Below are positions 9,069 through 18,708 of a stretch of DNA of 64,000 bases, one piece after another. Source of the DNA: Bacteroidota bacterium (GTDB lineage Bacteria; Bacteroidota; Bacteroidia; AKYH767-A; OLB10); NCBI GenBank assembly GCA_963169675.1, contig CAUJFJ010000009.1, forward strand, positions 256-64,255, written 5' to 3'. The position numbers were made by a program, and so were the translations under genes. The notes beneath the pieces were generated by a model, which ran no database searches, had not been told where the DNA came from, and was given only the letters and a program-made list of their open reading frames with translations. The first letter of the stretch is position 1. Every line of letters starts with the position of its first letter.

Positions 9069-9854
9069 TTGGAAGCTGTACTTGCACCTACACAATACGA
9101 AATAAAGTTACCTCAGTTTGAGGGACCATTCGACCTGCTCTTGTTCTTCATTGAGCGGGATGAATTGGATATTCATAATATTCCGATTTCAAAAATTACC
9201 AACGATTTCTTCGACTATATCCATGCTGCCGATTCCATGAATATTGAATTGGCGAGTGAATTTATTCTCGTTGCTTCAACATTAATGCGAATTAAAGCTA
9301 AGATGTTGTTGCCACGCTATCCGAAGGATGAACTGGGAAATGAAATTGATCCACGGCAGGATTTGGTGCGTCAGCTGCTCGAATACAAACAATACAAAGA
9401 GGCTGCATCTGAATTGAAGCAACTTGAAGAGGATCGATCTTTAAAAGTAGAGCGTGGAAATACCCCAGGTGAACTTACTACTATTGCCATGCATGCCGAT
9501 GGCTCTAACTATTCTTCAGAATTAAATGCACTAACGCTATTTAAACTGATGATTACTTTTGAAAAAGTGATGGAGCGATTCCGCAATCAGGAATCAAGGC
9601 AAAGTCATATGGTTGTTCAGTATCCGTTTACAATTGATATGGAAAAGGATAACATTCAGCGACTGGTTCGTTTGAAATCAAATGTTACTTTCCTCGATAT
9701 TTTTTCAGCTTGTCAGTCACGTATTCATGCTTGTTTTACTTTCCTTGCCTTACTTGATTTGATTCAGGGGAAATCGGTAGTAATTGTTATCAGTGAAGGG
9801 TTCAATAATTTTTATCTTACTTCGGTAAATACCCAGGCTGAGAATGCAGATTGA
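9069..9854 (+). CDS. scpA: Segregation and condensation protein A
   Basis: FEGPFDLLLFFIERDELDIHNIPISKIT and LMRIKAKMLLP motifs. The start codon appears to be TTG. Confidence 0.8.
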   Translation: MEAVLAPTQYEIKLPQFEGPFDLLLFFIERDELDIHNIPISKITNDFFDYIHAADSMNIELASEFILVASTLMRIKAKMLLPRYPKDELGNEIDPRQDLVRQLLEYKQYKEAASELKQLEEDRSLKVERGNTPGELTTIAMHADGSNYSSELNALTLFKLMITFEKVMERFRNQESRQSHMVVQYPFTIDMEKDNIQRLVRLKSNVTFLDIFSACQSRIHACFTFLALLDLIQGKSVVIVISEGFNNFYLTSVNTQAENAD

Positions 9855-10908
9855 TGGGAATGATGTAATAAAAAACTTCAGACCCGGCAAAATTGTACTT
9901 CCGGTACTGATTGGTATCGGCGTTGCTCTTTATTTGCTTATTTCCAATTTCGATAAAGAAGCTTATGAAAAAATAAGCTGGACCTGGTATACCACATTTT
10001 GGATTTTATTGGCTTTTGTAATGATGGCAATTCGGGATCTTGCTTATATGTACCGGATTAAAGTGCTTTCGGGAAATTTAATTTCCTGGCGACGAAGTTT
10101 TCCGGTAATCATGCTCTGGGAATTCGCATCGGCAATTACACCTACAATGGTTGGTGGAACGGCGCTCGCATTCTTTATTTTAAATAAAGAAAAGGTAAAC
10201 ATGGGACGAAGCATTGCTGTGGTACTTACTACTTCGTTTCTTGACGAACTCTTTTTCGTATTGGCGGTACCGTTAGTGTTTATTTTTGTCGGTAAAGCAA
10301 ATCTGTTTATTTCATTAGACCCAACTTTAACCGGCCCGGCAACTGAAGCCGGCAGTATTTACTTTGTCTTTTGGTTTGGCTATGGTATTATCTTAGCTTA
10401 TACTTTATTGGTTGCTTATGCTTTATTCATAAACCCAAGAGCTGTTAAGTGGTTGTTGTTAAAAATGTTTTCACTTCCTATTTTGAGACGCTGGAAAACG
10501 AACGCTTATCATACCGGAAATGACATGGTAATTGCTTCGGGTGAAATCAAAAGCCAGAACTCATCTTATTGGATCCATTCTTTTGGAGCAACTATATTTT
10601 CATGGACTGCCCGTTACATGGTTATTAATTGCATTATTATGGCCTTTATTACTCACGGCTGGCATGAGAATATCGTGATTTATGCCCGTCAGTTAGTAAT
10701 GTGGATATTCCTCTTGGTTAGTCCGACACCAGGTGGTGCCGGCCTTGCAGAAGTGATGTTCTCTCGCTTCCTGGGTGAATTTACGCCCGAAGGTGTTTCG
10801 GCTTCTCTGGCACTCCTGTGGAGATTAATCAGTTATTATCCATATCTGTTTATTGGTGCTATCATTCTCCCAAGATGGGTTAGGAAGAATGTACTCGAGA
10901 AGCAATAA
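9844..10908 (+). CDS. Polytopic membrane protein with a lysyl-phosphatidylglycerol-synthase-like TM (flippase-like) domain
   Basis: About 8 TM helices and a SPTPGGAGLAEV motif typical of the LPG-synthase TM family. It overlaps the scpA stop by 11 nt. Confidence 0.5.
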   Translation: MQIDGNDVIKNFRPGKIVLPVLIGIGVALYLLISNFDKEAYEKISWTWYTTFWILLAFVMMAIRDLAYMYRIKVLSGNLISWRRSFPVIMLWEFASAITPTMVGGTALAFFILNKEKVNMGRSIAVVLTTSFLDELFFVLAVPLVFIFVGKANLFISLDPTLTGPATEAGSIYFVFWFGYGIILAYTLLVAYALFINPRAVKWLLLKMFSLPILRRWKTNAYHTGNDMVIASGEIKSQNSSYWIHSFGATIFSWTARYMVINCIIMAFITHGWHENIVIYARQLVMWIFLLVSPTPGGAGLAEVMFSRFLGEFTPEGVSASLALLWRLISYYPYLFIGAIILPRWVRKNVLEKQ

Positions 10909-10973
10909 AATATGGCAGTATATTTGTAATGTTCGCAACGCTTTAAAAATCATAATTCAGAAATCTTAAAATC

Positions 10974-11501
10974 ATGAAAAAATCAATTCTATCTCTGCTT
11001 CTGGTAACTCTGACCACCTTCGGCGCTCTGAATGCTCAGGATGCAGCTCAGGCAAAATCGGGTTTACCGGTCGTGAATGTAAAAGCATTGGATGGTAAAG
11101 TGGTAAGTACTTCCACAATAGTAAATGATGGCAAACCAATGATCGTTAGCTTTTGGGCAACCTGGTGCAAACCATGTGTCAATGAGCTTTCAGCAATTAA
11201 TGAAGTTTATGCCGACTGGACAGCAGAAACCGGTGTTAAGTTGGTTGCCATTTCAATTGATGATGCCAGAACCATGTCATCAGTTGCTCCATTTGTCAAT
11301 GGCAAAGGTTGGAACTACGATGTGTTTCTTGATCCTAATGGAGATTTAAAACGTGCCATGAATGTAAATATGGTACCTCATACATTCCTTATTAATGGAA
11401 AAGGTGAGATTATCGATCAGCATACATCTTATGCTCCGGGAGATGAAGATAAGTTATTCGAAAAAGTTAAGAAAACCGCTGCAGGTCAGCCACTTAACTA
11501 A
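10974..11501 (+). CDS. TlpA-like periplasmic thiol:disulfide oxidoreductase (redoxin/AhpC-TSA fold)
   Basis: Signal peptide plus WATWCKPC active site; 175 aa. Confidence 0.8.
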   Translation: MKKSILSLLLVTLTTFGALNAQDAAQAKSGLPVVNVKALDGKVVSTSTIVNDGKPMIVSFWATWCKPCVNELSAINEVYADWTAETGVKLVAISIDDARTMSSVAPFVNGKGWNYDVFLDPNGDLKRAMNVNMVPHTFLINGKGEIIDQHTSYAPGDEDKLFEKVKKTAAGQPLN

Positions 11502-11549
11502 AGTTCAACTTCAAAATTTACAGATCAATGACCTCAATTCTCGGGGTCA

Positions 11550-13268
11550 TTGGCATTTTTGCAGGATTTAGGCTATTTTCACCCTCTGCAAATCATTCTA
11601 AACACCACCACTATCGTGAAAAGCTTACGCAAAACCCTGTTAACCGCCGGGTTACTGATTTCAGCCGTTGCGTCACAGGCGCAATTGCTCAATTTGCCAG
11701 CCGAAATACATGGCAATTTTCAATTTGATGCTCAATATTATATTAAGGATTCACTGATCGGCGCTCTCGATGTCCCCGAGAAAGTGTTGTCGAATGGCTT
11801 CGGAAACCTGAATTTTACAAAAGGTAAATTCAATGCCGGAATCCGCTATGAATCCTATCTGAATCCGATGCTTGGATTTGATACCCGGTATAAAGGTTCC
11901 GGAATCACTTATCGTTTTGCAAGCTATGTAAATGATGAACTGGAAATTACCATCGGTAATTTTTACGATCAGTTTGGAAGCGGATTAATATTCAGAAGTT
12001 ACGAAGAGCGTGGCCTTGGAATCGATAATGCCATGGATGGAATCCGGATAAAATATAATCCCTGGAAAGGAATTTATGTAAAAGGATTTATTGGTGAACA
12101 ACGTTCGTATTTCAGCAAAGGTCCGGGTATTGTTCGAGGCTTTGATGGCGAAGTTTCACTTATGGATGCAATTACTTCACTTAATAATTCTAAAACCAGG
12201 ATTACACTTGGTGGTAGTGTGGTCAGTAAGTATCAGAAAGATGACAATGATTTGTATAAACTCCCTGAAAATGTATTGGCGTTTGCTTCACGCTTAAATA
12301 TTACCCGTGGTAATTATTCTTTTTATGGTGAATACGCATACAAGTACAACGATCCTTCACTGGTAAATGCAACCGCAATAAGTCCATTTGGTATTTATAA
12401 AGAAGGTCAGGCGCTTTACATGAATGGTGCTTACACTAAAAAGGGAATCGGTATTTCCTTGTCAGCAAAATACATCGATAACATGAATTTTCGCTCCGAT
12501 AGAAATGCAACTATAAATGATTTAAATCTTAGCTATCTCCCTGCATTAACGAAACAGCAGACCTATCGCCTAGCAACAATTTATCCTTATGCTACACAAC
12601 CAAATGGTGAGGTTGGTTTTCAGGGTGAATTGTTTTATAATTTTAAACAAGGCTCAGCCCTTGGCGGGAAGTATGGAACTTATGTGGCTTTGAATTATTC
12701 CCGTGCCAATGGACTTGATACTACTTCTCTCAACAATGAACTTGGCTATGAAAGCGAATTCTTCGTTCCTGGTGATTCGAAGTATTTTGAAGAAGTAAAT
12801 GTTGAGATCCAGAAAAAAGTCAATAAGGATTTCAAATTGATCGCCAATTATATTTATACCTTGTATGACAAAGGTGTAATTCAGGGCCTTGGAGATGCCT
12901 ATGGTACTGTTTACGCACATATTGGAATCCTTGAAGGGCAGTATAAGATAAACAAATCCCATAGCTTGCGTGTTGAATTACAACACCTCATGACTGATCA
13001 GGACAAGAAAAACTGGGCAATGGCGTTGGTTGAATACAGCATTTCTCCAAATTGGTTTTTTGCTGCCTTCAATGAATATAATTATGGTAATGATGACAAA
13101 GACCTGAGAATACATTATCCAAATGTTTCCATGGGTTTCACCAAAGGTGCCAACCGGATTACCATGGGATATGGTAAACAACGTGAAGGACTGTTGTGTG
13201 TAGGTGGCGTTTGCAGAAACGTTCCCGCATCAAATGGGTTCTCACTTTCTGTTACAAGCAGTTTCTAA
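11550..13268 (+). CDS. Putative outer-membrane beta-barrel protein; the true start is probably GTG at about 11616
   Basis: An internal signal peptide (KSLRKTLLTAGLLISAVASQAQ), about 550 aa of alternating amphipathic strands and a C-terminal ...SVTSSF with terminal Phe. Confidence 0.45.
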   Translation: MAFLQDLGYFHPLQIILNTTTIVKSLRKTLLTAGLLISAVASQAQLLNLPAEIHGNFQFDAQYYIKDSLIGALDVPEKVLSNGFGNLNFTKGKFNAGIRYESYLNPMLGFDTRYKGSGITYRFASYVNDELEITIGNFYDQFGSGLIFRSYEERGLGIDNAMDGIRIKYNPWKGIYVKGFIGEQRSYFSKGPGIVRGFDGEVSLMDAITSLNNSKTRITLGGSVVSKYQKDDNDLYKLPENVLAFASRLNITRGNYSFYGEYAYKYNDPSLVNATAISPFGIYKEGQALYMNGAYTKKGIGISLSAKYIDNMNFRSDRNATINDLNLSYLPALTKQQTYRLATIYPYATQPNGEVGFQGELFYNFKQGSALGGKYGTYVALNYSRANGLDTTSLNNELGYESEFFVPGDSKYFEEVNVEIQKKVNKDFKLIANYIYTLYDKGVIQGLGDAYGTVYAHIGILEGQYKINKSHSLRVELQHLMTDQDKKNWAMALVEYSISPNWFFAAFNEYNYGNDDKDLRIHYPNVSMGFTKGANRITMGYGKQREGLLCVGGVCRNVPASNGFSLSVTSSF

Positions 13269-13300
13269 ATAATTAAAGTATCAAGTAAAAAACATATTCA

Positions 13301-14140
13301 ATGAAAGCTCTGAAATTAATTTGTCTGCCGCTATTTGCTCTACTCACTTTTCAATCGTGTGATGAAGTTGAAGCACCTTACAAAGAAGAAATTATTGTTG
13401 TTGGTGGCGATCGTAAAGTTCTGGTTGAAGATTACACAGGACATAAGTGTGGAAACTGCCCACGTGCAGCAAAAGCACTTCACGATTTAAAAGATGTGTA
13501 TGGCGATCGCCTCATAATTATGACGGTGCATGCTGGTGGATTTGCAACGGTATTCCCACCTTCTGCTCCATATTTTACTTATGATTTCAGAACACCCGAA
13601 GGAACCGAACTTGATACCGATTTTGGTATCTCGGCAATTGGTAACCCGAATGGAATGGTAAACCGGAGACAAGTGAATGGCAATTATGTTCTATCATCTA
13701 CCAGTTGGTTGGGTGAAATTTCAAGTGTGCTCGGAGATGCATCTCCTGCACCTGTAAAAATTGAAATTGAAAACACCTTTGATGCCACTTCCAGAACGTT
13801 GCAAACAGAAATAAATTCAGAATTTGTAAATTCACTGGGTGGAGCACACAAACTATGTGTGTTTCTGGTTGAAGACAGTATCATTAACTGGCAAAAGGAT
13901 TACGATGCTTCCCCGGAAGATATTCCTGATTATGTTCACCGCGATGTATTGCGTACTTCCATGAATGGAACGTATGGTGATGCTATTACAAATACCACCG
14001 CAGGCACTATCGATACCAAGAACTATTCTAAAACACTGGATGCTTCCTGGAATGAAAATAACATGAAAGTAATTTCATTTGTTTACAACGAAGTAACTAA
14101 AGAAATTATTCAGGTTGAGGAACATGAAGTTATTCATTAA
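13301..14140 (+). CDS. Thioredoxin-fold lipoprotein with a CGNC motif, Omp28-related family
   Basis: Lipoprotein signal (LLTFQSC) and a CGNCP redox-type motif 30 aa into the mature protein. Confidence 0.45.
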   Translation: MKALKLICLPLFALLTFQSCDEVEAPYKEEIIVVGGDRKVLVEDYTGHKCGNCPRAAKALHDLKDVYGDRLIIMTVHAGGFATVFPPSAPYFTYDFRTPEGTELDTDFGISAIGNPNGMVNRRQVNGNYVLSSTSWLGEISSVLGDASPAPVKIEIENTFDATSRTLQTEINSEFVNSLGGAHKLCVFLVEDSIINWQKDYDASPEDIPDYVHRDVLRTSMNGTYGDAITNTTAGTIDTKNYSKTLDASWNENNMKVISFVYNEVTKEIIQVEEHEVIH

Positions 14141-14161
14141 CAGAAACTAACGAACGGGGAT

Positions 14162-14785
14162 ATGTGGAAATCGTTTTTAACAGTTTTGTTGGTTGTTGCG
14201 ACAGGAGTTGCTTCTGCACAACAATTCAGAGCAGGCTTAACGGCAGGGGTTTCCGCAACACAAATATCTGGTGATCAGCTGAGTGGTTTTAATAAAGCCG
14301 GAATTGTTGCCGGTGGTTTCGTGAGCACCACGCTTTCGCCTAAATTCGACATGGCTATGTCGATTCTTTATTTTCAAAAAGGGAGCAAGAAAAATTCTGA
14401 TCCTGAAAAAGAAGATTATGTTTACTACAGGTTGCGACTTAACTATTTTGAAATTCCGTTGTTGTTACAATGGAAGTATAATAACAAATTAATATTTGAA
14501 GCAGGTCCTTCTGCCGGTGTACTTTTATCTTCAGAAGAAGAAGATGAATATGGAGTATTGCCATCGAGGCGACCATTCGAAGATATGGAGATTGCTGCAC
14601 AACTGGGAATGAATGTAACTATTGTAAAACAGTTAAGTTTTACAGCGCGCATGAGTAATTCAATTCTCGCAGTAAGAAAACATGTCTCCGGTGAGGACTA
14701 CCGTTTCAATAAAGGACAGTATAGCTCCTGTTTGTTGTTTGCTTTGCAATATAAGTTTAGCGGCAAATCCGCATCAGCTGAATGA
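14162..14785 (+). CDS. Small outer-membrane beta-barrel (OmpA-like / porin-family barrel)
   Basis: Signal peptide and about 190 aa of beta-strand pattern ending in ALQYKF. It overlaps the ubiX start by 4 nt. Confidence 0.5.
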   Translation: MWKSFLTVLLVVATGVASAQQFRAGLTAGVSATQISGDQLSGFNKAGIVAGGFVSTTLSPKFDMAMSILYFQKGSKKNSDPEKEDYVYYRLRLNYFEIPLLLQWKYNNKLIFEAGPSAGVLLSSEEEDEYGVLPSRRPFEDMEIAAQLGMNVTIVKQLSFTARMSNSILAVRKHVSGEDYRFNKGQYSSCLLFALQYKFSGKSASAE

Positions 14786-15360
14786 ACAACGAAAAATTAA
14801 AAATTGTAGTCGCAGTAACCGGCGCCAGTGGTGCCATTTATGCGAAAGTGCTACTCGACAGATTGCAGACCTTGCAGGATCAGATTGAAACGGTTGGTGT
14901 ATGCATGTCCGATAATGCCAAAGATGTTTGGAAGTTTGAACTGGATAATGAACTCTATGAAAAATATCCATTTCAATTTTACGATAGGAATGATTTCATG
15001 GCCCCCTTCGCTTCCGGTTCGGCAAGTTATAAAGCCATGATTATCTGTCCCTGCTCCATGGGAACTTTAGGTCGCATTGCTACTGGCATCTCCAATGATC
15101 TTACAACCAGAGCTGCCGATGTAATTTTGAAAGAACGCCGCAAATTGGTGCTGATCACCCGCGATACACCGCTAAACTTGATTCACATCAATAATATGAA
15201 GACGGTAACTGAAGCCGGAGGTATTATTTGCCCCGCCAGCCCTTCATTTTATAGCAAACCAACCAATTTTGAACAATTGGCCGCAACTGTAGTCGATCGC
15301 GCTATTGATCTGGTAGGATTGAAAAATAATTCTTACCGGTGGAACGAGTCAAATAATTGA
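14782..15360 (+). CDS. ubiX: Flavin prenyltransferase UbiX
   Basis: KIVVAVTGASGAIYA flavoprotein N-terminus, followed by ICPCSMGTLG and RAADVILKERRKLVL motifs. Confidence 0.85.
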   Translation: MNNEKLKIVVAVTGASGAIYAKVLLDRLQTLQDQIETVGVCMSDNAKDVWKFELDNELYEKYPFQFYDRNDFMAPFASGSASYKAMIICPCSMGTLGRIATGISNDLTTRAADVILKERRKLVLITRDTPLNLIHINNMKTVTEAGGIICPASPSFYSKPTNFEQLAATVVDRAIDLVGLKNNSYRWNESNN

Positions 15361-15475
15361 TTCTGTAGCCGGTTACAATAGTTTTCAACAAGGGCTATTA
15401 ATATTTCACAAAAAAAGTCTTGCATTTAGGCAAGAATGGTAGTAAATTTAAGTTTCCATTTACAAACCCTAAGAG

Positions 15476-15667
15476 ATGTTTGAATACACTAAGGAAATCC
15501 TGATGAAGGTTAGTTTCGACCGGGTACTATTTAGGAAGGAACTGAAGAAAGCCGTAAAATGGCTGAAAAGAGAGGAAAGAGGATTGTTAATGGTGTGGTG
15601 TATTACCACTTTTGGGCACCGATACGCTGATATTATTGCGGAAACATTTAAGCACGTTTCCAAATAA
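15476..15667 (+). CDS. Small hypothetical protein (63 aa)
   Basis: Protein-like composition and a downstream hairpin plus T8 at 15691-15722. The antisense ORF 15469..15753 is low-complexity and was disfavoured. Confidence 0.25.
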   Translation: MFEYTKEILMKVSFDRVLFRKELKKAVKWLKREERGLLMVWCITTFGHRYADIIAETFKHVSK

Positions 15668-15690
15668 TTCTTCACGCGGCTCTTGTTTGA

Positions 15691-15722
15691 ATACCTGTTT
15701 TTATACGGGTCAGGTTTTTTTT
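15691..15722 (+). terminator. Putative rho-independent terminator (ACCTG-N13-CAGGT + T8)
   Basis: Short GC-poor stem followed by an 8-T run, immediately after the small ORF. Confidence 0.3.
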
Positions 15723-15855
15723 GATGCAGAATCAGCTGTTGTAAACGATTCAAAATTAAACCGTTTTTGTATTTAAATAGTTGATTAATAGATTTTTATG
15801 CATTTTTCTAAATAATGTTCCCAAAACGAGAACATTATTGATACTTTAACTACTT

Positions 15856-16200
15856 TTGATGAAAGTTAATATTATTAAAAAGCAAACCATTGAGGATTAC
15901 GCTGCAACAATCAGGCATAAAAGCTCATTCGAAGAATGGACTTCAAAAGTGAAGTTTGCAGACTGGAATAGCCCGGGCGATATTTTGGCAACTTTCAGTA
16001 AAGCAGATTTGTTAGGCAAAGGAAGTAACAGAGTTGTATTTAATATTGCAGGAAATAAATACAGGATGATTTGTAAATATTTTTTTGCAAAAAATATAAG
16101 AAAGCAAAGAGTCCACCTGTATGTGTGTTGGATAGGAACTCACAAAGAGTATGATAAAATTTGTGCTTCATCATCTCAATATACCATCAATAGTTATTAA
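15856..16200 (+). CDS. higB: Type II toxin HigB-family mRNA interferase
   Basis: DWNSPGDILATF...GNRVVFNIAGNKYR...WIGTHKEYDKI closely follows the HigB consensus. The toxin gene lies upstream of its antitoxin, as in HigBA. Confidence 0.75.
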   Translation: MMKVNIIKKQTIEDYAATIRHKSSFEEWTSKVKFADWNSPGDILATFSKADLLGKGSNRVVFNIAGNKYRMICKYFFAKNIRKQRVHLYVCWIGTHKEYDKICASSSQYTINSY

Positions 16201-16204
16201 TCAG

Positions 16205-16642
16205 ATGAAAACAGAATTAAAGTACACAGTCATAAAAAACAAAAATCAGTATAATGATTATTGTGACAAACTTTTATTTCTTCTTGAAAGCGATCAAGAG
16301 TGTGAAGATGAAATTGAATTATTAAATGTATTAATTGAAGCCTTCGACAGAAAGAATAATTCTTTTCAGGACCTTGATCCGGTTCAATTACTTCGTTCTT
16401 TTATGAAGGAAAGAAATATGAAAGCAATTGATTTAGCAGTTAGTTTAGAATTAAGCAGAGGGAACTTATCTGATATATTAAATTATAAAAAAGGCATTTC
16501 AAAAGAAACAATTCGAAAATTGTCGTCAATGTTTAAAGTATCTCAGGAAGCATTCAACCGACCATATGAACTGGTAAAGACACCAGAATCAAAGCCTGTG
16601 AAAAAATTAAAGTTTACAGATGGAGCCGGAGCCCGGAAATAG
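16205..16642 (+). CDS. higA: HigA-family antitoxin, HTH (XRE-like) domain
   Basis: HigA consensus pattern (YNDYCDKLLFL...ELLNVLIEAFDRKN...MKERNMKAIDLAVSLELSRGNLSDILNYKKGISKETIRKL). The start is taken as ATG at 16205, 5 nt after the higB stop; the ORF track extends it to 16151. Confidence 0.75.
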   Translation: MKTELKYTVIKNKNQYNDYCDKLLFLLESDQECEDEIELLNVLIEAFDRKNNSFQDLDPVQLLRSFMKERNMKAIDLAVSLELSRGNLSDILNYKKGISKETIRKLSSMFKVSQEAFNRPYELVKTPESKPVKKLKFTDGAGARK

Positions 16643-16662
16643 TACAATCGCACAACATGGAC

Positions 16663-17586
16663 TTATTGTCCCTTCAGAAATTCCAGATTTCTTTTCAATC
16701 CTTCGAAGCCTGTTCTTTGAACGGCAGAATCTTTGAATACTTTATTGAAAACGTCCTCGGTAATTTCATACCAGTCACTTTTACTCATTTCAAGCAGCCC
16801 TTCACGGGGATGAAAAGCTGGTTCCTGAGTTGGTTTTGAAAAACGGTTCCAGGGACAAACTTCCTGGCAAACATCGCAGCCGAAAACCCAATCATCGAAA
16901 GTATTTTTGAGTGATTCCGGAAATGCATCTTTCAATTCAATAGTAAAATAAGAAATGCACTTGCTGCCATCAACTACATAGGGTTTAATGATTGCTTGTG
17001 TTGGACATGCATCGATGCATTTGGTGCAGGTTCCACAATAATCTGTTATTGGTAGATCGGGTTCCAGCTCAATATCAAGAATGAGTTCTGCAATGAAAAA
17101 GTAAGAACCATTTTTTGGATTTATCAGATTGCTATTCTTACCTATCCATCCCAATCCACTTTTTTGTGCCCATGCTTTATCGAGTACAGGAGCTGAATCG
17201 ACAAATGCACGGCCATTTACTTCTCCAATATTTTCGCGAATGAAATTTAATAAATGAAATAATTTTTCCTTGATCACCAGATGGTAATCTTTTCCATAAG
17301 CATAACGCGATATCTTCGGTGCTTGGGGATCATTCTGAGTTGCTTCCGGAAAATAGTTTAGAACAAATGAAACAACGGATTTAGCACCCTCAACAAGCAA
17401 ACGAGGATCAAGTCGTTTATCAAAATTTCTTTCCATGTACGACATCTTGCCATGCATGTTGTTCTTCAGCCATTGTTCTAGCCGAGGTGCTTCCTGTTCC
17501 AAAAAACAAGCGGAAGAAATTCCCGTGTGTGAGAATCCAAGTCGTTTTGCTTCAGATTTTATAAGACTTGTAGCAATTGATGTCAT
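16663..17586 (-). CDS. queG: tRNA epoxyqueuosine(34) reductase
   Basis: Two 4Fe-4S cysteine clusters ([12 protein letters not shown] and [13 protein letters not shown]) and a 307-aa QueG-like layout. Confidence 0.8.
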   Translation of the reverse strand: MTSIATSLIKSEAKRLGFSHTGISSACFLEQEAPRLEQWLKNNMHGKMSYMERNFDKRLDPRLLVEGAKSVVSFVLNYFPEATQNDPQAPKISRYAYGKDYHLVIKEKLFHLLNFIRENIGEVNGRAFVDSAPVLDKAWAQKSGLGWIGKNSNLINPKNGSYFFIAELILDIELEPDLPITDYCGTCTKCIDACPTQAIIKPYVVDGSKCISYFTIELKDAFPESLKNTFDDWVFGCDVCQEVCPWNRFSKPTQEPAFHPREGLLEMSKSDWYEITEDVFNKVFKDSAVQRTGFEGLKRNLEFLKGQ

Positions 17587-17616
17587 CGGTTATTCAAAAT
17601 AGCAACGCTCACATCT

Positions 17617-17655
17617 TATTTCAATCCTTAACTCTTAATCCTTAATTCTTAATTC
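17617..17655. repeat. (CTTAATY)n heptamer microsatellite, the reverse complement of the RATTAAG repeat at 6095-6133
   Basis: cttaactcttaatccttaattcttaattcttaatc lies between the queG start and the ruvB stop. Confidence 0.7.
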
Positions 17656-18681
17656 TTAATCAAAGAGGCTTCCCGCCGGGCCGGTTCTTTTCTTACCAAG
17701 ATGCTTGTATGCTTTATCGGTAATTTCTCTGCCACGTGGAGTTCGGGTGAGGAAACCTTCCATAATTAAAAAGGGTTCATATACTTCTTCAATAGTTCCA
17801 GCTTCTTCACCAACAGCGGTTGCAATGGTATTGATACCAACAGGTCCTCCTTTAAATTTATCGATAATTACAGTGAGAATACGATTATCCATTTCATCTA
17901 AACCATGAGCATCCACGTTAAGTGCATTCAATGAATAGTCAACAATAGGAATATCAATATGACCGGAGCCTTTAATTTGTGCAAAGTCGCGAACCCTTCT
18001 TAGTAAGGCATTTGCTATACGTGGTGTTCCCCGGCTGCGTCGGGCAATTTCATAAGCTGCAGCATCATCAATGGTAATTTTGAGGATATCAGAAGAACGA
18101 AGTACAATTAGCTGCAACAGTTTCGCATCATAATATTCGAGGCGGGAATTAATTCCAAAACGCGCCCGTAATGGTGCAGTTAATAATCCCGATCGGGTAG
18201 TAGCACCAACTAAAGTAAACGGGTTTAATTTTATTTGTACTGATCGCGCATTGGGTCCGGCATCAATCATAATATCGATTCGGAAATCTTCCATGGCAGA
18301 ATATAAATATTCTTCAACTACAGGACTCAAGCGGTGAATTTCGTCGATGAATAAAACATCATTCGGTTCAAGGTTAGTCAATAATCCTGCAAGATCACCG
18401 GGTTTATCGAGTACAGGTCCGGAGGTAATCCGAATATTTACACCAAGCTCATTGGCAATAATATTTGCTAATGTAGTCTTACCTAAACCGGGAGGGCCAT
18501 GCAACAGTACATGATCTAATGATTCGGATCTTAATTGCGCAGCTTTGACAAAAACCTTGAGATTTTCAACCACCTTCGCTTGTCCGGTGAAATCACCGAA
18601 TTCAAGGGGCCTGAGCACTTTTTCCATCTCACGATCCACATTTTGCAATGCGTCTTCTCTGGGGTCGAGGTTTTGGTTCAT
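17656..18681 (-). CDS. ruvB: Holliday junction branch-migration ATPase RuvB
   Basis: Walker [12 protein letters not shown], Walker [10 protein letters not shown] and a full-length RuvB pattern. Confidence 0.9.
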   Translation of the reverse strand: MNQNLDPREDALQNVDREMEKVLRPLEFGDFTGQAKVVENLKVFVKAAQLRSESLDHVLLHGPPGLGKTTLANIIANELGVNIRITSGPVLDKPGDLAGLLTNLEPNDVLFIDEIHRLSPVVEEYLYSAMEDFRIDIMIDAGPNARSVQIKLNPFTLVGATTRSGLLTAPLRARFGINSRLEYYDAKLLQLIVLRSSDILKITIDDAAAYEIARRSRGTPRIANALLRRVRDFAQIKGSGHIDIPIVDYSLNALNVDAHGLDEMDNRILTVIIDKFKGGPVGINTIATAVGEEAGTIEEVYEPFLIMEGFLTRTPRGREITDKAYKHLGKKRTGPAGSLFD

Positions 18682-18708
18682 TGTTACAAAGATATTAAAT
18701 AAATAGCA

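Noticed and set aside
15469-15753. Minus-strand ORF of 94 aa
   Set aside because: Low-complexity, Ser-rich translation. The plus-strand 63-aa ORF with a downstream hairpin plus T-run is more plausible, though neither is certain.
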